Shown here: positions 48,501 to 56,954 of the stretch, piece after piece | Layout: the number at the start of each line of letters is the position of its first letter | Numbering within the stretch: position 1 is the stretch's first letter | Origin: an uncultured Desulfomonile sp. | GTDB lineage: Bacteria; Desulfobacterota; Desulfomonilia; Desulfomonilales; Desulfomonilaceae | Assembly (NCBI GenBank): GCA_937930835.1 | Contig: CALGLN010000085.1 | Coordinates: forward strand, 22,898 to 86,897 | Direction: 5' to 3' | Length of the DNA: 64,000 nucleotides | Made by a program: the position numbers and the translations under genes | Notes under the pieces: model-generated | What the model was told of the DNA's origin: nothing | Databases searched by the model: none | Seen by the model: the letters and a program-made list of their open reading frames with translations, nothing else

Positions 48501-48601
48501 AGCCTGGAAAGCAAATCCGCTAACTTGGGACAACCACGACTTACGAAATTCTTTAACAATTGATCAGGCATATTTTCCTTGTGTCCAAATATTATGTTCA
48601 A
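45560..48601 (-). CDS. glnE: Bifunctional glutamine synthetase adenylyltransferase/adenylyl-removing enzyme
   Basis: 1013 aa with two nucleotidyltransferase repeats (GKLAGRELNFSSDIDLIF and GKLGGQEMTYLSDLDIIF). The start is either TTG 48601 (ATGA-type overlap with purM) or ATG 48571. Confidence 0.9.
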   Translation of the reverse strand: MNIIFGHKENMPDQLLKNFVSRGCPKLADLLSRLASKEIETIFQFLGDIPNPATLTNRLEDIVLDETKDDLIKIFQDSDLSRVFLKTTAGSSYLAAAIRRCPQFMRTVYLNRGCFSRKDRNQKQAELKEQVSGAIESSNFDQLLRLYKEEDFLRIGTRDLSELADVIEIMAELSDLASAMVHISLEFHFNRLAQKHGRPSSLLEGMGIVAFAMGKLAGRELNFSSDIDLIFLRIPEEGWTEGDSRITVGKFYESLVRSVAKSLSEVTEDGFVFRVDLRLRPEGEKGELVPSLPNALDYYLAWGRTWERAALMRARPIAGDLNAGKEFLKDLEPFIYRKHLDYSTLDDMRDMKARIESQLRLKPGVNIKLGQGGIREVEFFVQALQLINAGRTPRVRSTSTLESLNLLSEAGLVDPATARTLKEAYLFFRKTEHRIQIDKQLQTHELPKSREEMEELAFRMGYKIRPLEEFLFDLETHRKIVEELFSGLLKVSGEGPRSVASASSRNIVEMIDDESTCSGLLSDAGFSNVTRSLNIIKKLVRQSSKAGSYDKSRSLLERVTPLFIDEIVKSPEPDRTLVALDNFVSSLKAGHAYFSTFLENPATAGFLIKILGESKLFTDLLIRHPQAIDSLIAKGVDDGPKSKDELESLFYERLAYSDDFEDQLNLLRRFKNEQMLTIGVRHLSEYATSTVVRREISDLAEVCLSGAAEIANREMAKKFGTATALDALPFVIVGMGKLGGQEMTYLSDLDIIFVYEWPSSQIGKLASHDWFSRFAGRIISVLNMHTAEGIAFQIDTRLRPSGNKGALVTSLESFAEYHKHTSALWEKQALIRARPVFGPAQLSEKVNNITRDCIMRTSISRSDLEEIDRLRKRMQRELALEDSINVDLKTGEGGLVDVEFFVQANILMHGHNRPEIIKTNTLDALAHLHRSHIIDYKTFETLDNGYRFLSDLEDRIRIMEEKSVDRMPLTGKKLKGLAQRLGYRTGSQETLVQEYFKVSYEIRKIYNSLFDLP

Positions 48602-49644
48602 TCAATCAATTTGACACTCGTATTGTCATCATCTTTTTCAAATACGTCTCCTATTATCCAACTGGGGACACCGTTTCGATCTAATATTTCCAGAGCCTTA
48701 GACGCTATCTCTGCGCTGACCACCCCTACCATCCCTATACCCATGTTGAATGTCTCGAACATGTCCCAATCATCTAGTGATCCAAGTTCTTGAAGAAATT
48801 TAAAAACATACGGGATTTCCCAGGATCCTGACTTGATCCTGACTCCCTTGTTTGGCGGCATGATTCTTGGGATGTTTCCGGGAAAACCACCACCTGTTAT
48901 ATGCGCCAAACCTTTGACCTCTATCTGTTCCAACATCGACAACACTGGCCTGACATAAATTCTGGTAGGGGTCAGTAGCTCCTGTCCGAGAGGATTTTTA
49001 AAACCGTCAGGAACTGCGTCGATTGAATAATTGTTTTTATCAAACAGTAATTTGCGTACGAGACTGAAGCCATTGCTGTGCAATCCAGATGAAGCCATTC
49101 CAATAACCACGTCTCCAGTCTGAATGGTCGATCCATCAAGAGCTTTAGACCTGTCAACCATTCCGACACAGAATCCTGCCAGATCATATTCTCCCTGACC
49201 ATAAAAGTCAGGCATTTCTGCCGTTTCTCCTCCAATAAGTGAGCAGCCCGCCTGTTTACATCCGTCAGCAATTCCTGTAACTACCGCCTCGAATGTCTCA
49301 GGCTGCAGCTTGCCAGTCGCAAAGTAATCCAGAAAAAATAGTGGCTCAGCTCCGACTACGACCAAATCATTGACATTCATTGCCACTAAATCAATTCCAA
49401 CGGTGTTGTGAATACCGCTCATGAAAGCTAGCTTGAGCTTCGTTCCAACTCCATCCGTAGCGGAAACAAGGACCGGATCGGTGTAAGCTCTCCAGTTCGG
49501 TCTGAACTGAGCCGCAAACCCACCGATACTTCCAATCACTTCAGGTCTAAATGTAGATTTAATTTTACTGGACAAGGAGCTTATTGTCCTATCGGCCAAA
49601 TCAACATCTACACCCGCATCTTTGTATGTAATCTTATTTGACAT
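48598..49644 (-). CDS. purM: Phosphoribosylformylglycinamidine cyclo-ligase (AIR synthetase)
   Basis: 348 aa. YKDAGVD, GGFAAQF, ATDGVGTK, GGETAEMP. Confidence 0.95.
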   Translation of the reverse strand: MSNKITYKDAGVDVDLADRTISSLSSKIKSTFRPEVIGSIGGFAAQFRPNWRAYTDPVLVSATDGVGTKLKLAFMSGIHNTVGIDLVAMNVNDLVVVGAEPLFFLDYFATGKLQPETFEAVVTGIADGCKQAGCSLIGGETAEMPDFYGQGEYDLAGFCVGMVDRSKALDGSTIQTGDVVIGMASSGLHSNGFSLVRKLLFDKNNYSIDAVPDGFKNPLGQELLTPTRIYVRPVLSMLEQIEVKGLAHITGGGFPGNIPRIMPPNKGVRIKSGSWEIPYVFKFLQELGSLDDWDMFETFNMGIGMVGVVSAEIASKALEILDRNGVPSWIIGDVFEKDDDNTSVKLID

Positions 49645-49647
49645 TTC

Positions 49648-51024
49648 TTAACACTCTTTCAAAAGTTGGATACCCGCGTTTTTCGATATCGCGTCAGAGA
49701 ACTCTTCAGCATTTGCGAACACGGATTGTAAGTCAATGGTCTTAATTTCACCTTTGCTAACTACATGTCTTCCATTTACAAAAACATCCCGCACATCTGA
49801 GCCTCGTGCAGAATATACTAGGGCAGATTCGGCGCTGTACAGCGGCCGCAGATGGGGCGCATCAAGCCTTATCACAACAACATCGGCCAGTTTGCCTTCT
49901 TCCAATGATCCAATCAGATCTTCCATACCCAAAACCTTGGCTCCACCCTGAGTGGCCATGAAAAGACTATGCCCAGCGCTCAACGATTGAGATCCCGATT
50001 CGAATATCTTTGAAGCCAAAGCAGCGCTCCTCATTTCCTCCATCAAATCAAGGTTGTTGTTGCTCGATGGTCCATCCGTTCCAAGACCAACATTGATCCC
50101 CTCGTCCAAAAGTCTGCGAATCTGAGCAATACCTGATGACAATTTCATGTTGCTCCGCGGACAATGAGCTACCTGGATTCCTGATTCACTAATAAGCTTT
50201 CTCTCATCATTGTTTATATGAACACAATGTACTGCGACGAAATTCCTATCCAACACCCCTGCATTGGAAAGCCAAACAAAAGGGCTTACTCCATGTTTAT
50301 TCAATGAATTATTCAACTCTGATTCAGTTTCAGACACATGAGAAAACAGTCTCAAATTGTTTTGATGGGCAATTTTATGAGACTTCTCGAACATCTCTTT
50401 ACTGCACAGGTATGGCGAATGGCAAAACAGCGCTGGGGTAGTCAGTGGACTTTTGGGAAAATTCTCTAGAAAAGATTCAACTCTATCAATCCAATTCACA
50501 GGATTGGGGCAGTCAGGAGTTCCAAAGTCTATGATACCCTGAGCAATTACGGCTCGGATACCAACATCCATAGCCGCTCGCGCCGAGTCTTCCATAAAAA
50601 AATACGCATCTGCAACTGTAGTTGTGCCTGACAGAAGCATTTCAATCATCGAAAGTTGAGCTCCAATGTGTACGAAATCAGGGGAAACAAATTTTGCCTC
50701 AGTGGGGAATATATAATCATGAAGCCATTTTTCCAGCGGTAAGTCATCAGCCAATCCCCGTAAAAGGCTCATAGATGAATGTGTATGGGAATTTATTAGC
50801 CCTGGAATTATCAGACAGCCAGAGCAGTCTACGATCTCATCAAATTCGATCTCCTTGTTCTCATCTGAATTGACCAAACTCAATAAATGGTCCTCAAAAA
50901 CAGTCAGCTTATGTTTTTCGACACGTGATTTTCCGGGATGAGTCAAGATCAGTCCATTTACAAGGGCCGTTTTTTTTGTATTCGTTGAACTACCAGTTGG
51001 CGTTTCGGAGTTGTGCCTAGTCAA
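49648..51024 (-). CDS. mtaD: Amidohydrolase, 5'-methylthioadenosine/S-adenosylhomocysteine deaminase-like
   Basis: 458 aa. GLINSHTHSSMSLLRGLADDLPLEKWL, HVSET, GTDG. TTG start overlapping the PNP stop. Confidence 0.75.
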   Translation of the reverse strand: MTRHNSETPTGSSTNTKKTALVNGLILTHPGKSRVEKHKLTVFEDHLLSLVNSDENKEIEFDEIVDCSGCLIIPGLINSHTHSSMSLLRGLADDLPLEKWLHDYIFPTEAKFVSPDFVHIGAQLSMIEMLLSGTTTVADAYFFMEDSARAAMDVGIRAVIAQGIIDFGTPDCPNPVNWIDRVESFLENFPKSPLTTPALFCHSPYLCSKEMFEKSHKIAHQNNLRLFSHVSETESELNNSLNKHGVSPFVWLSNAGVLDRNFVAVHCVHINNDERKLISESGIQVAHCPRSNMKLSSGIAQIRRLLDEGINVGLGTDGPSSNNNLDLMEEMRSAALASKIFESGSQSLSAGHSLFMATQGGAKVLGMEDLIGSLEEGKLADVVVIRLDAPHLRPLYSAESALVYSARGSDVRDVFVNGRHVVSKGEIKTIDLQSVFANAEEFSDAISKNAGIQLLKEC

Positions 51025-51841
51025 TTCTTGAAATCACCTCTTCTATGATGGCTGCAATCTTGGATTCTGCAACTTTTGCATTCGCAATTACTTGATCCAG
51101 AGATATTTCTTCCATGCAGTCAGGAAGATTTACGTTTGTAATTGCAGCGATTGCCATGATTCTGAAACCCTCTTGAACGGCCGTAATAACTTCGGGAATT
51201 GTACTCATCCCAACGCAATCGGCCCCCAATAATTTAAGCATTCTTGTTTCAGCGCGAGTCTCAAGACTAGGTCCAGCAACACCAGCGTATACTCCTTTGT
51301 GCAACTTGATGTTTCTGGACATCGCTGCAGATTCGGCCAGTTCAATCAACTCTGGGTCGTAAGGCCTGCCCATGTCCGGGAATCGCTCTCCGAAACGCGG
51401 GTCTGTAACTCCCCTGAGTGGATTTTGGCCGATCAAGTTGATGTGATCGTCTATTACAATGACGTCTCCTGCCCTGAAACGAGGACTCAATCCACCTACT
51501 GCGCTGTTTATTATTAATATTTTGGTTCCAAGCTGGCTCAAAACTCTTACCGGCAAAGTTATCTGGTCTAGCTCATAGCCCTCATAATAGTGAAATCTGC
51601 CTTGCATGGCGATTACTGATTTGTTGGCGAGTGTTCCAAAAATCAATCTTCCCAAATGTTCCTTCACCGTTGGAACCTTAAAATTGGGGATTTCGTCGTA
51701 AGGGACAATTTCTTTAGGAGTGATACGCTCAGCCACTCCTCCAAGTCCTGTGCCCAAGATTATAGCAATCTCGGGCTGTTCCCCGATTTTGGAAAACACA
51801 AAGTCGGTAGCTTCTAAAATCTGTTCGTACCTTATGGCCAT
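51017..51841 (-). CDS. Purine nucleoside phosphorylase (PunA/MTAP-type trimeric PNP family)
   Basis: 274 aa with GGAGG upstream. IILGTGLGG, MQGRFHYYEG, VGMSTIPE. Confidence 0.85.
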   Translation of the reverse strand: MAIRYEQILEATDFVFSKIGEQPEIAIILGTGLGGVAERITPKEIVPYDEIPNFKVPTVKEHLGRLIFGTLANKSVIAMQGRFHYYEGYELDQITLPVRVLSQLGTKILIINSAVGGLSPRFRAGDVIVIDDHINLIGQNPLRGVTDPRFGERFPDMGRPYDPELIELAESAAMSRNIKLHKGVYAGVAGPSLETRAETRMLKLLGADCVGMSTIPEVITAVQEGFRIMAIAAITNVNLPDCMEEISLDQVIANAKVAESKIAAIIEEVISRID

Positions 51842-51931
51842 GGCGCCTCCGGCTATTGCTCCAACTCAAAACATCATAATATTATAATACAGATCTGGGG
51901 CCCTTTACTTTTTTAATATCTGTGCCATTGT

Positions 51932-51969
51932 AAAAAAAGCCCCGATGCTGTTTTCATCGAGGCGTTTTT
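51932..51969. terminator. Bidirectional rho-independent terminator (A7-stem-loop-T5)
   Basis: AAAAAAA GCCCCGATG ctgtttt CATCGAGGC GTTTTT: 9-bp stem with one C/A mismatch. It most plausibly ends the minus-strand etf2 operon, about 220 nt after the stop at 52192. Confidence 0.65.
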
Positions 51970-52191
51970 CTGAGTATTTCGATCTGTGGAGAAATTGATG
52001 GATTTGTCAGGTTTATTATCTATAGGATTTATTGTGTTTATTGCATGGATGGTCTACACTTTTCTCGCTACTCCAAAGGGACCAAGGCGACCAAATTCAG
52101 GCTGACGCTAAACAATCACGTGTTAGTCTAACACGAATCTGATCGCTCCTGATGATTACTTGATCAAATGGCAGTCCCTAATGCCATTCAA

Positions 52192-53169
52192 TCAACCTTT
52201 AAGCTCTTTTATCTTTTCCTCCAAGGCCGGGACTATTTCGTTGATGTCCCCAACCACGCCGTATTGGGCGACACGGAAGATTGGAGCCCTTGGATCCTTA
52301 TTGACCGCCATAATTAGCGGTGATCCCTTTATGCCACCAACGTGTTGGAACGCGCCGCTTATTCCCAGCGCCAGGTAGATCTTAGGTTTCACCTCAATGC
52401 CTGAAGTTCCCACCTGATGATATTTGGGCAAAAGGTTCTTGTCCACGATTGGTCTTGAACACGCCAATACACCACCAACTGTATCGGCCAGAGATTGATA
52501 CATATCCATATCCGGTTCATCACCAATTCCACGACCAATCGATACGATGATCTCCGCCGATGATATGTCCACGTCCCCTTTCTCAGCCTCTTCGTAAGAA
52601 ACAAAAGTCTTCCTTAGCTTCGCAGAAGCCAATGGGGAATCCCTCTTTTCGATTGTGCCAGAAGCCTGTCCTGCTGGAGTGAACGAAAAACTTCCGCTTC
52701 TAAGTGTGACAACGATCTTATCGCAATTCTTGAATGACACTAACGCATTGATCTTGTAACTGTATATCTGTCTCAGGGCTAAAAGTTGGCCTTCTGACAC
52801 CTCAAATCCAAAACAGTCAGTCGCTAGAGCCGCATCCAACACTACTGAAAGTCCCGGGGCAAGATCTATTACTGAATTTGAATTACCCATCAGCAACAGA
52901 TAGTCGGACTCATCCTTAAGGATTGTGCTCAAAGTTTGTGTCATGGCGTCCGAGTTGAATGTTTCAAGATTAGGATCTTCCACAACCACAACCTTTGAAA
53001 ATTCTTGAGCCAGTTTTTCAGAAATTGAAGAAACATTGTTTCCTAAAAGCAGGCAAACGATCTCTCCTCCGAGTTGAGAGGACACTGATCTAGCTGCCGA
53101 CAACGCTTCCCATGTAGTATCACGTAGAGTTCCGTTCCGATGCTCGGCTAGCACATAAATATTCTTCAT
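52192..53169 (-). CDS. etfA: Electron transfer flavoprotein alpha subunit (copy 2)
   Basis: 325 aa. IVSIGRGIG, SRPIVD, QVGTSG..V.PK.YLALGISGAFQH. Confidence 0.85.
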   Translation of the reverse strand: MKNIYVLAEHRNGTLRDTTWEALSAARSVSSQLGGEIVCLLLGNNVSSISEKLAQEFSKVVVVEDPNLETFNSDAMTQTLSTILKDESDYLLLMGNSNSVIDLAPGLSVVLDAALATDCFGFEVSEGQLLALRQIYSYKINALVSFKNCDKIVVTLRSGSFSFTPAGQASGTIEKRDSPLASAKLRKTFVSYEEAEKGDVDISSAEIIVSIGRGIGDEPDMDMYQSLADTVGGVLACSRPIVDKNLLPKYHQVGTSGIEVKPKIYLALGISGAFQHVGGIKGSPLIMAVNKDPRAPIFRVAQYGVVGDINEIVPALEEKIKELKG

Positions 53170-53171
53170 CG

Positions 53172-53960
53172 TTATAGAACCCCCTTTTCCTTAAGAATCT
53201 CGGCTAGGCGAGCCGCCGCTTCCTCAGTGGAGCCTTTTATGATTTCAGCCCCTTCGCCTTCTGGTGGGAGGTAAACTTTTTCAATAACTATTTTAGAACC
53301 TTCCATGCCAACCTGATTCTCGTTCATTCCAAGCTCGTCAAGATCAACTGTTGGAATATCCACGGAGGCAACTTTTCTGACAGCGCGAATTGAGACAAAC
53401 CGCGGCTCATTCAAGCCAGTTGCCACGGAAATTACCGCAGGTAAACCCATCTCAACGTTCTCATAAAGCCCACCCTCAAGCTCACGCCTGAACTTTGCCT
53501 TTCCATCAGATATTTCTATTCGAGACACTAGTGTAGCGCTGGGAACACCTAACATGGCCGCCAACATTCCTCCGACCTGTCCGCCACCATCGTCTTCGGC
53601 CAGAGTTCCCGTTAATACCAAGTCGAAAGGCCTTTTCTTGATAAATTCGGCAAGAGCCTTGGCCACCACAAATCCGTCGGATCCCTCAAAGGAGTCGTTC
53701 CAAATCTGGAAGGCTTCATCGGCCCCGCGGGCCAGACATTCCCGGAGCATTTCCTCCGCATCTTCTGGAGCAACACTCACCACAGTGACAGCGCCCTCAT
53801 ACTTTTCCTTGAGTTGGACAGCCTCTTCAATAGCAAACCGATCCCAATCGTTGAGGTCATAATCCAGGTCGTCCTTCTTGATGTCTTTACCTCCTGAGGC
53901 TATTGATAACTCAGCCTCAGAGGTATCTGGTATCCACTTCATGCAGGCAATAATTTTCAT
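53172..53960 (-). CDS. etfB: Electron transfer flavoprotein beta subunit (copy 2)
   Basis: I place the start at ATG 53960 (GGAGG 5 nt upstream). MKIIACMKWIPDT, FDLVLTGTLAEDDG. Confidence 0.85.
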   Translation of the reverse strand: MKIIACMKWIPDTSEAELSIASGGKDIKKDDLDYDLNDWDRFAIEEAVQLKEKYEGAVTVVSVAPEDAEEMLRECLARGADEAFQIWNDSFEGSDGFVVAKALAEFIKKRPFDLVLTGTLAEDDGGGQVGGMLAAMLGVPSATLVSRIEISDGKAKFRRELEGGLYENVEMGLPAVISVATGLNEPRFVSIRAVRKVASVDIPTVDLDELGMNENQVGMEGSKIVIEKVYLPPEGEGAEIIKGSTEEAAARLAEILKEKGVL

Positions 53961-54019
53961 GAATCCTCCGAATGGTATAATCAAATGCTGGTCAGCGAAC
54001 TCTCCAACATTCGAGTTTG

Positions 54020-56056
54020 CTATGACATTGAGCGATCTGCCAGTTCTACCAGGTCAATGACTTCTATTTTGCCTTCATTTCCAGTTGTCTTTATGGCGTC
54101 CTCAAGATTGATCAGACAGAAGGGGCAAGCCGTAACAATGACCTGAGCTCCAATTTCTTGCGCCATTCTAACACGTCTCTCGCCCATCCTCTGCGTCTCT
54201 TGTTCGTTCTCATACCACAACATTATTCCGCCGCCGCTGCAGCAAAAACTTCTGGAACGAGATCTTTCCATGTCTCTGAATCGAGCCCCAGGGATACTGT
54301 TAATAACAAAACGTGGCTCTTCATAAACGTTGTTGTGACGACCTAGGTAGCAGGGGTCATGGTATGTCACCACACGGCCTTTCAAATATTCACCAGAAAA
54401 TTTTATCTTGTTTTCACGTATCAGCTTCGACAACAACTGGCTGCAGTGACTGATGGGGAACTTTTTTGGGTAATCGTTCTTGATCACATTGAAAGCATGA
54501 GGATCAAATGTCACAATTTGCCTGAAATTCCTTGCTTCAAAAGCCTCGATATTTTTCTCGGATACCTGTTCGAACAAACCCTCTTCGCCTATGCGCCTAA
54601 CTTCATTGCCCGAATCATTTTCATCTTGACCGAGTATGGCAAAATCACATGAGGACTTACCAAGTATTCTGGCGAAACTCTTTGAAATTTCCTGAATCCG
54701 AGGATCAAAAGATCCGCAACTGTCTACAAAGAAAAGGTATTCGGCGTTTTCCCCTTTCTTTAGCTCTCTTACTTCCACTCCCTCTATGTCTTTGGCCCAA
54801 GCTGACCTCTTGCTCTTCACCGCTCCATAAGCATTGCCCTTTTTCTTGATCTGTTGAAGTGGTTTCTGTAAAGACTGTGGCAACGCTCCTTGCTCAATAA
54901 GATAGCGTCTCATGTCAACTATCTTGTCAATATACTCGATGAAGATTGGGCACTCCTGCTCACACGCTCCACACGTAGTACAAGCCCAAATCTCGTCTTC
55001 AGTAATGATGTCGCCTACAAGCTTTTTGTCTTTGAAATCCTTGGGAGTTCCAAAGACAGGATACTTTGCGTAAGCGTAATCCCGAGCCTTTATACTAATC
55101 ATTTTTGGGGAAAGAGCGCGTCCCACGATATTGGCCGGGCAATTGTCTGAACACCTCCCACAGTCCGCGCATGAATAGAAATCCAGGACATGTTTCCATG
55201 TGAAACCTGTAAGGTCGTTAACCCCACATTGCTCAAGTTCCATCCAATCATCGACTCCATATTTTACAGGCTTGATCTTTCCATGATTGAGGTTAGCGAA
55301 ATACACGTTTGGAATAGCAGTAATTACATGAAAATGCTTGGAAATTGGCAGGTAATTAAGTAGTCCGAAAAAGAATAGTATGTGAGCCCAGTAACCTCCG
55401 ATATGCAATTGCTCCAGTGCCTGCGAAGGAACTGATTTCATGAACATCGCAGCAAAATTTGTCGCTGGAAACAAATACCATGGCTCGGAATGGGCTTCTC
55501 CGATGAATGCGCTGCCATCATAAATCATGTCCGTGACCATAAGCGCCGAGACAAGCCCTAATATTATATAAGCTTCTCCCTCATGTCCTGATGTTCCAGG
55601 ATGAGCGTACCGCTGAGGTTTCCAGATAGCCCTCCTCGCAATAGCTATCAAACAGACCACCAAAACAACCAACACCGTATAATCTTTGATGACATCGTAA
55701 ACAAATGCTGCCGAACCTGTAAGCAAAGGAAGATGAAAATCAGCTGAAAAACCCCTGCCTATAAGCGTCAACGACCTTAAAGACAGAATCATGAAGCCCG
55801 CAAACAGTAAAATGTGTAGTATGCCGGCGCCCAAATAGCGTGGTTGGCGCAACTGCCCAAAACCATACAAAACCATCATTTTGATGCGTTGGGAGACATC
55901 CGAAAAACGTGGATCAGGCGCGCATCTTTTCAGGAGATCAATGCGTTTCCACATGACATAAGCGAAAAAAGATAACGATGCTATTAGAACTATTAAGGCG
56001 ACACTCGGAGCAGGAACTCCGGCTAGTGGAACATTCGCGGGCTCTAGGATTGTCAT
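54020..56056 (-). CDS. Membrane-bound Fe-S oxidoreductase: N-terminal multi-TM (NarI/DsrM-like) domain fused to a HdrD/DsrK/GlpC-like 2x[4Fe-4S] + CCG domain
   Basis: 678 aa with about 6 hydrophobic helices in the first 260 aa. CADCGRCSDNCP and CTTCGACEQECP ferredoxin motifs. CCG-type motifs VDSCGS / DPCYLGRH / FCCSGGG / TACPFC. Confidence 0.8.
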   Translation of the reverse strand: MTILEPANVPLAGVPAPSVALIVLIASLSFFAYVMWKRIDLLKRCAPDPRFSDVSQRIKMMVLYGFGQLRQPRYLGAGILHILLFAGFMILSLRSLTLIGRGFSADFHLPLLTGSAAFVYDVIKDYTVLVVLVVCLIAIARRAIWKPQRYAHPGTSGHEGEAYIILGLVSALMVTDMIYDGSAFIGEAHSEPWYLFPATNFAAMFMKSVPSQALEQLHIGGYWAHILFFFGLLNYLPISKHFHVITAIPNVYFANLNHGKIKPVKYGVDDWMELEQCGVNDLTGFTWKHVLDFYSCADCGRCSDNCPANIVGRALSPKMISIKARDYAYAKYPVFGTPKDFKDKKLVGDIITEDEIWACTTCGACEQECPIFIEYIDKIVDMRRYLIEQGALPQSLQKPLQQIKKKGNAYGAVKSKRSAWAKDIEGVEVRELKKGENAEYLFFVDSCGSFDPRIQEISKSFARILGKSSCDFAILGQDENDSGNEVRRIGEEGLFEQVSEKNIEAFEARNFRQIVTFDPHAFNVIKNDYPKKFPISHCSQLLSKLIRENKIKFSGEYLKGRVVTYHDPCYLGRHNNVYEEPRFVINSIPGARFRDMERSRSRSFCCSGGGIMLWYENEQETQRMGERRVRMAQEIGAQVIVTACPFCLINLEDAIKTTGNEGKIEVIDLVELADRSMS

Positions 56057-56208
56057 GACCAGAATCCTCTACGCTCGTGCAAAAATTTTTGTGGCCTGTC
56101 TCAAATTAAGGATATTCGAAAGGCGCCCACGTCTAAAGAAAGGAACGAAGACCACACCGGGCGCCTTCAGCAATCACCGATTACCAATCAACGTTGACGG
56201 AGACAATT

Positions 56209-56895
56209 TTAGCTTATTATTATCGCCAGAATTCTCGCCGGCTTGTCGCCATAAGCCCTTACCAGGTGAACACTGGTCGAATCGTAATATATTGCGTCAC
56301 CGGGTTTTAACACTGCCCTATGGTCGTCCACAAACGCCTCCATCTCTCCTTCAAGAATAAAGATGAATTCCTGGCCGTCATGGCTGGATTTTTCATCATC
56401 ATCCGAGGGATGAAGCGTCACTATGAAAGGTTCAATCGCGCGATCTTTTTTCCCAGGAGCCAGCGATTCATACTCATAGCCCCGCTTGGCCTCCTTTGAA
56501 GCTCCTAATCTTTTTACTGACTGTCTCTCATCCGCGCGAACAATCGTGAATGATTCAGTTCCTGTCGCGATAACATCCGACATCTTGAGAGACAATGCCT
56601 TGCTCAGTTTGATCAGCTGACCTAGTGGTAACAGATACTCTCCCGCTTCCATTCGCTCCAAAGATTCTGCGTCCAGTCCACTTCTTTCCGCTAGCTCTTC
56701 AACTGTAAATCCTTTGGACTGCCTGATCTGTTTGAGTCTAAGGCCATGTGTCATAGACCGATCCTGAGCCGCTGCGGTCGTAACCTCGGCTATTGCGTTC
56801 GGATCAGTTAACAGATCATGTCCTTTGTCATCTCCATACTCATCAATTGTCTCTCGGAATACGTTATACGAACTCTTATTTTGATCCGATTCCAT
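56209..56895 (-). CDS. XRE-family HTH transcriptional regulator with a C-terminal cupin domain
   Basis: 228 aa. HTH: LRLKQIRQSKGFTVEELAERSGLDAESLERMEAGE. Cupin: HDGQEFIFILEGEMEAFVDD...LKPGDAIYYDSTSVH. Confidence 0.8.
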   Translation of the reverse strand: MESDQNKSSYNVFRETIDEYGDDKGHDLLTDPNAIAEVTTAAAQDRSMTHGLRLKQIRQSKGFTVEELAERSGLDAESLERMEAGEYLLPLGQLIKLSKALSLKMSDVIATGTESFTIVRADERQSVKRLGASKEAKRGYEYESLAPGKKDRAIEPFIVTLHPSDDDEKSSHDGQEFIFILEGEMEAFVDDHRAVLKPGDAIYYDSTSVHLVRAYGDKPARILAIIIS

Positions 56896-56954
56896 TGGTA
56901 ATCCTCTCTATGTAAGAATTACGTGCAAATAATTACGTGGCTGTTCCCCGGAAG

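Noticed and set aside
51998-52105. An unlisted 35-aa hydrophobic ORF on the plus strand (MDLSGLLSIGFIVFIAWMVYTFLATPKGPRRPNSG) with GGAG 7 nt upstream.
   Set aside because: It lies antisense within the 3' UTR of the etf2 operon. It begins only ~30 nt after a terminator hairpin, leaving no room for a promoter. It could be a real small membrane protein, but the evidence is too thin to call.
52165-52188. The hairpin AATGGCA-N8-TGCCATT immediately after the etfA2 stop as the operon terminator.
   Set aside because: The stem is only 7 bp and no U-tract follows. The A7-stem-T5 element at 51932-51969 is a much better terminator candidate, so this hairpin is left uncalled.
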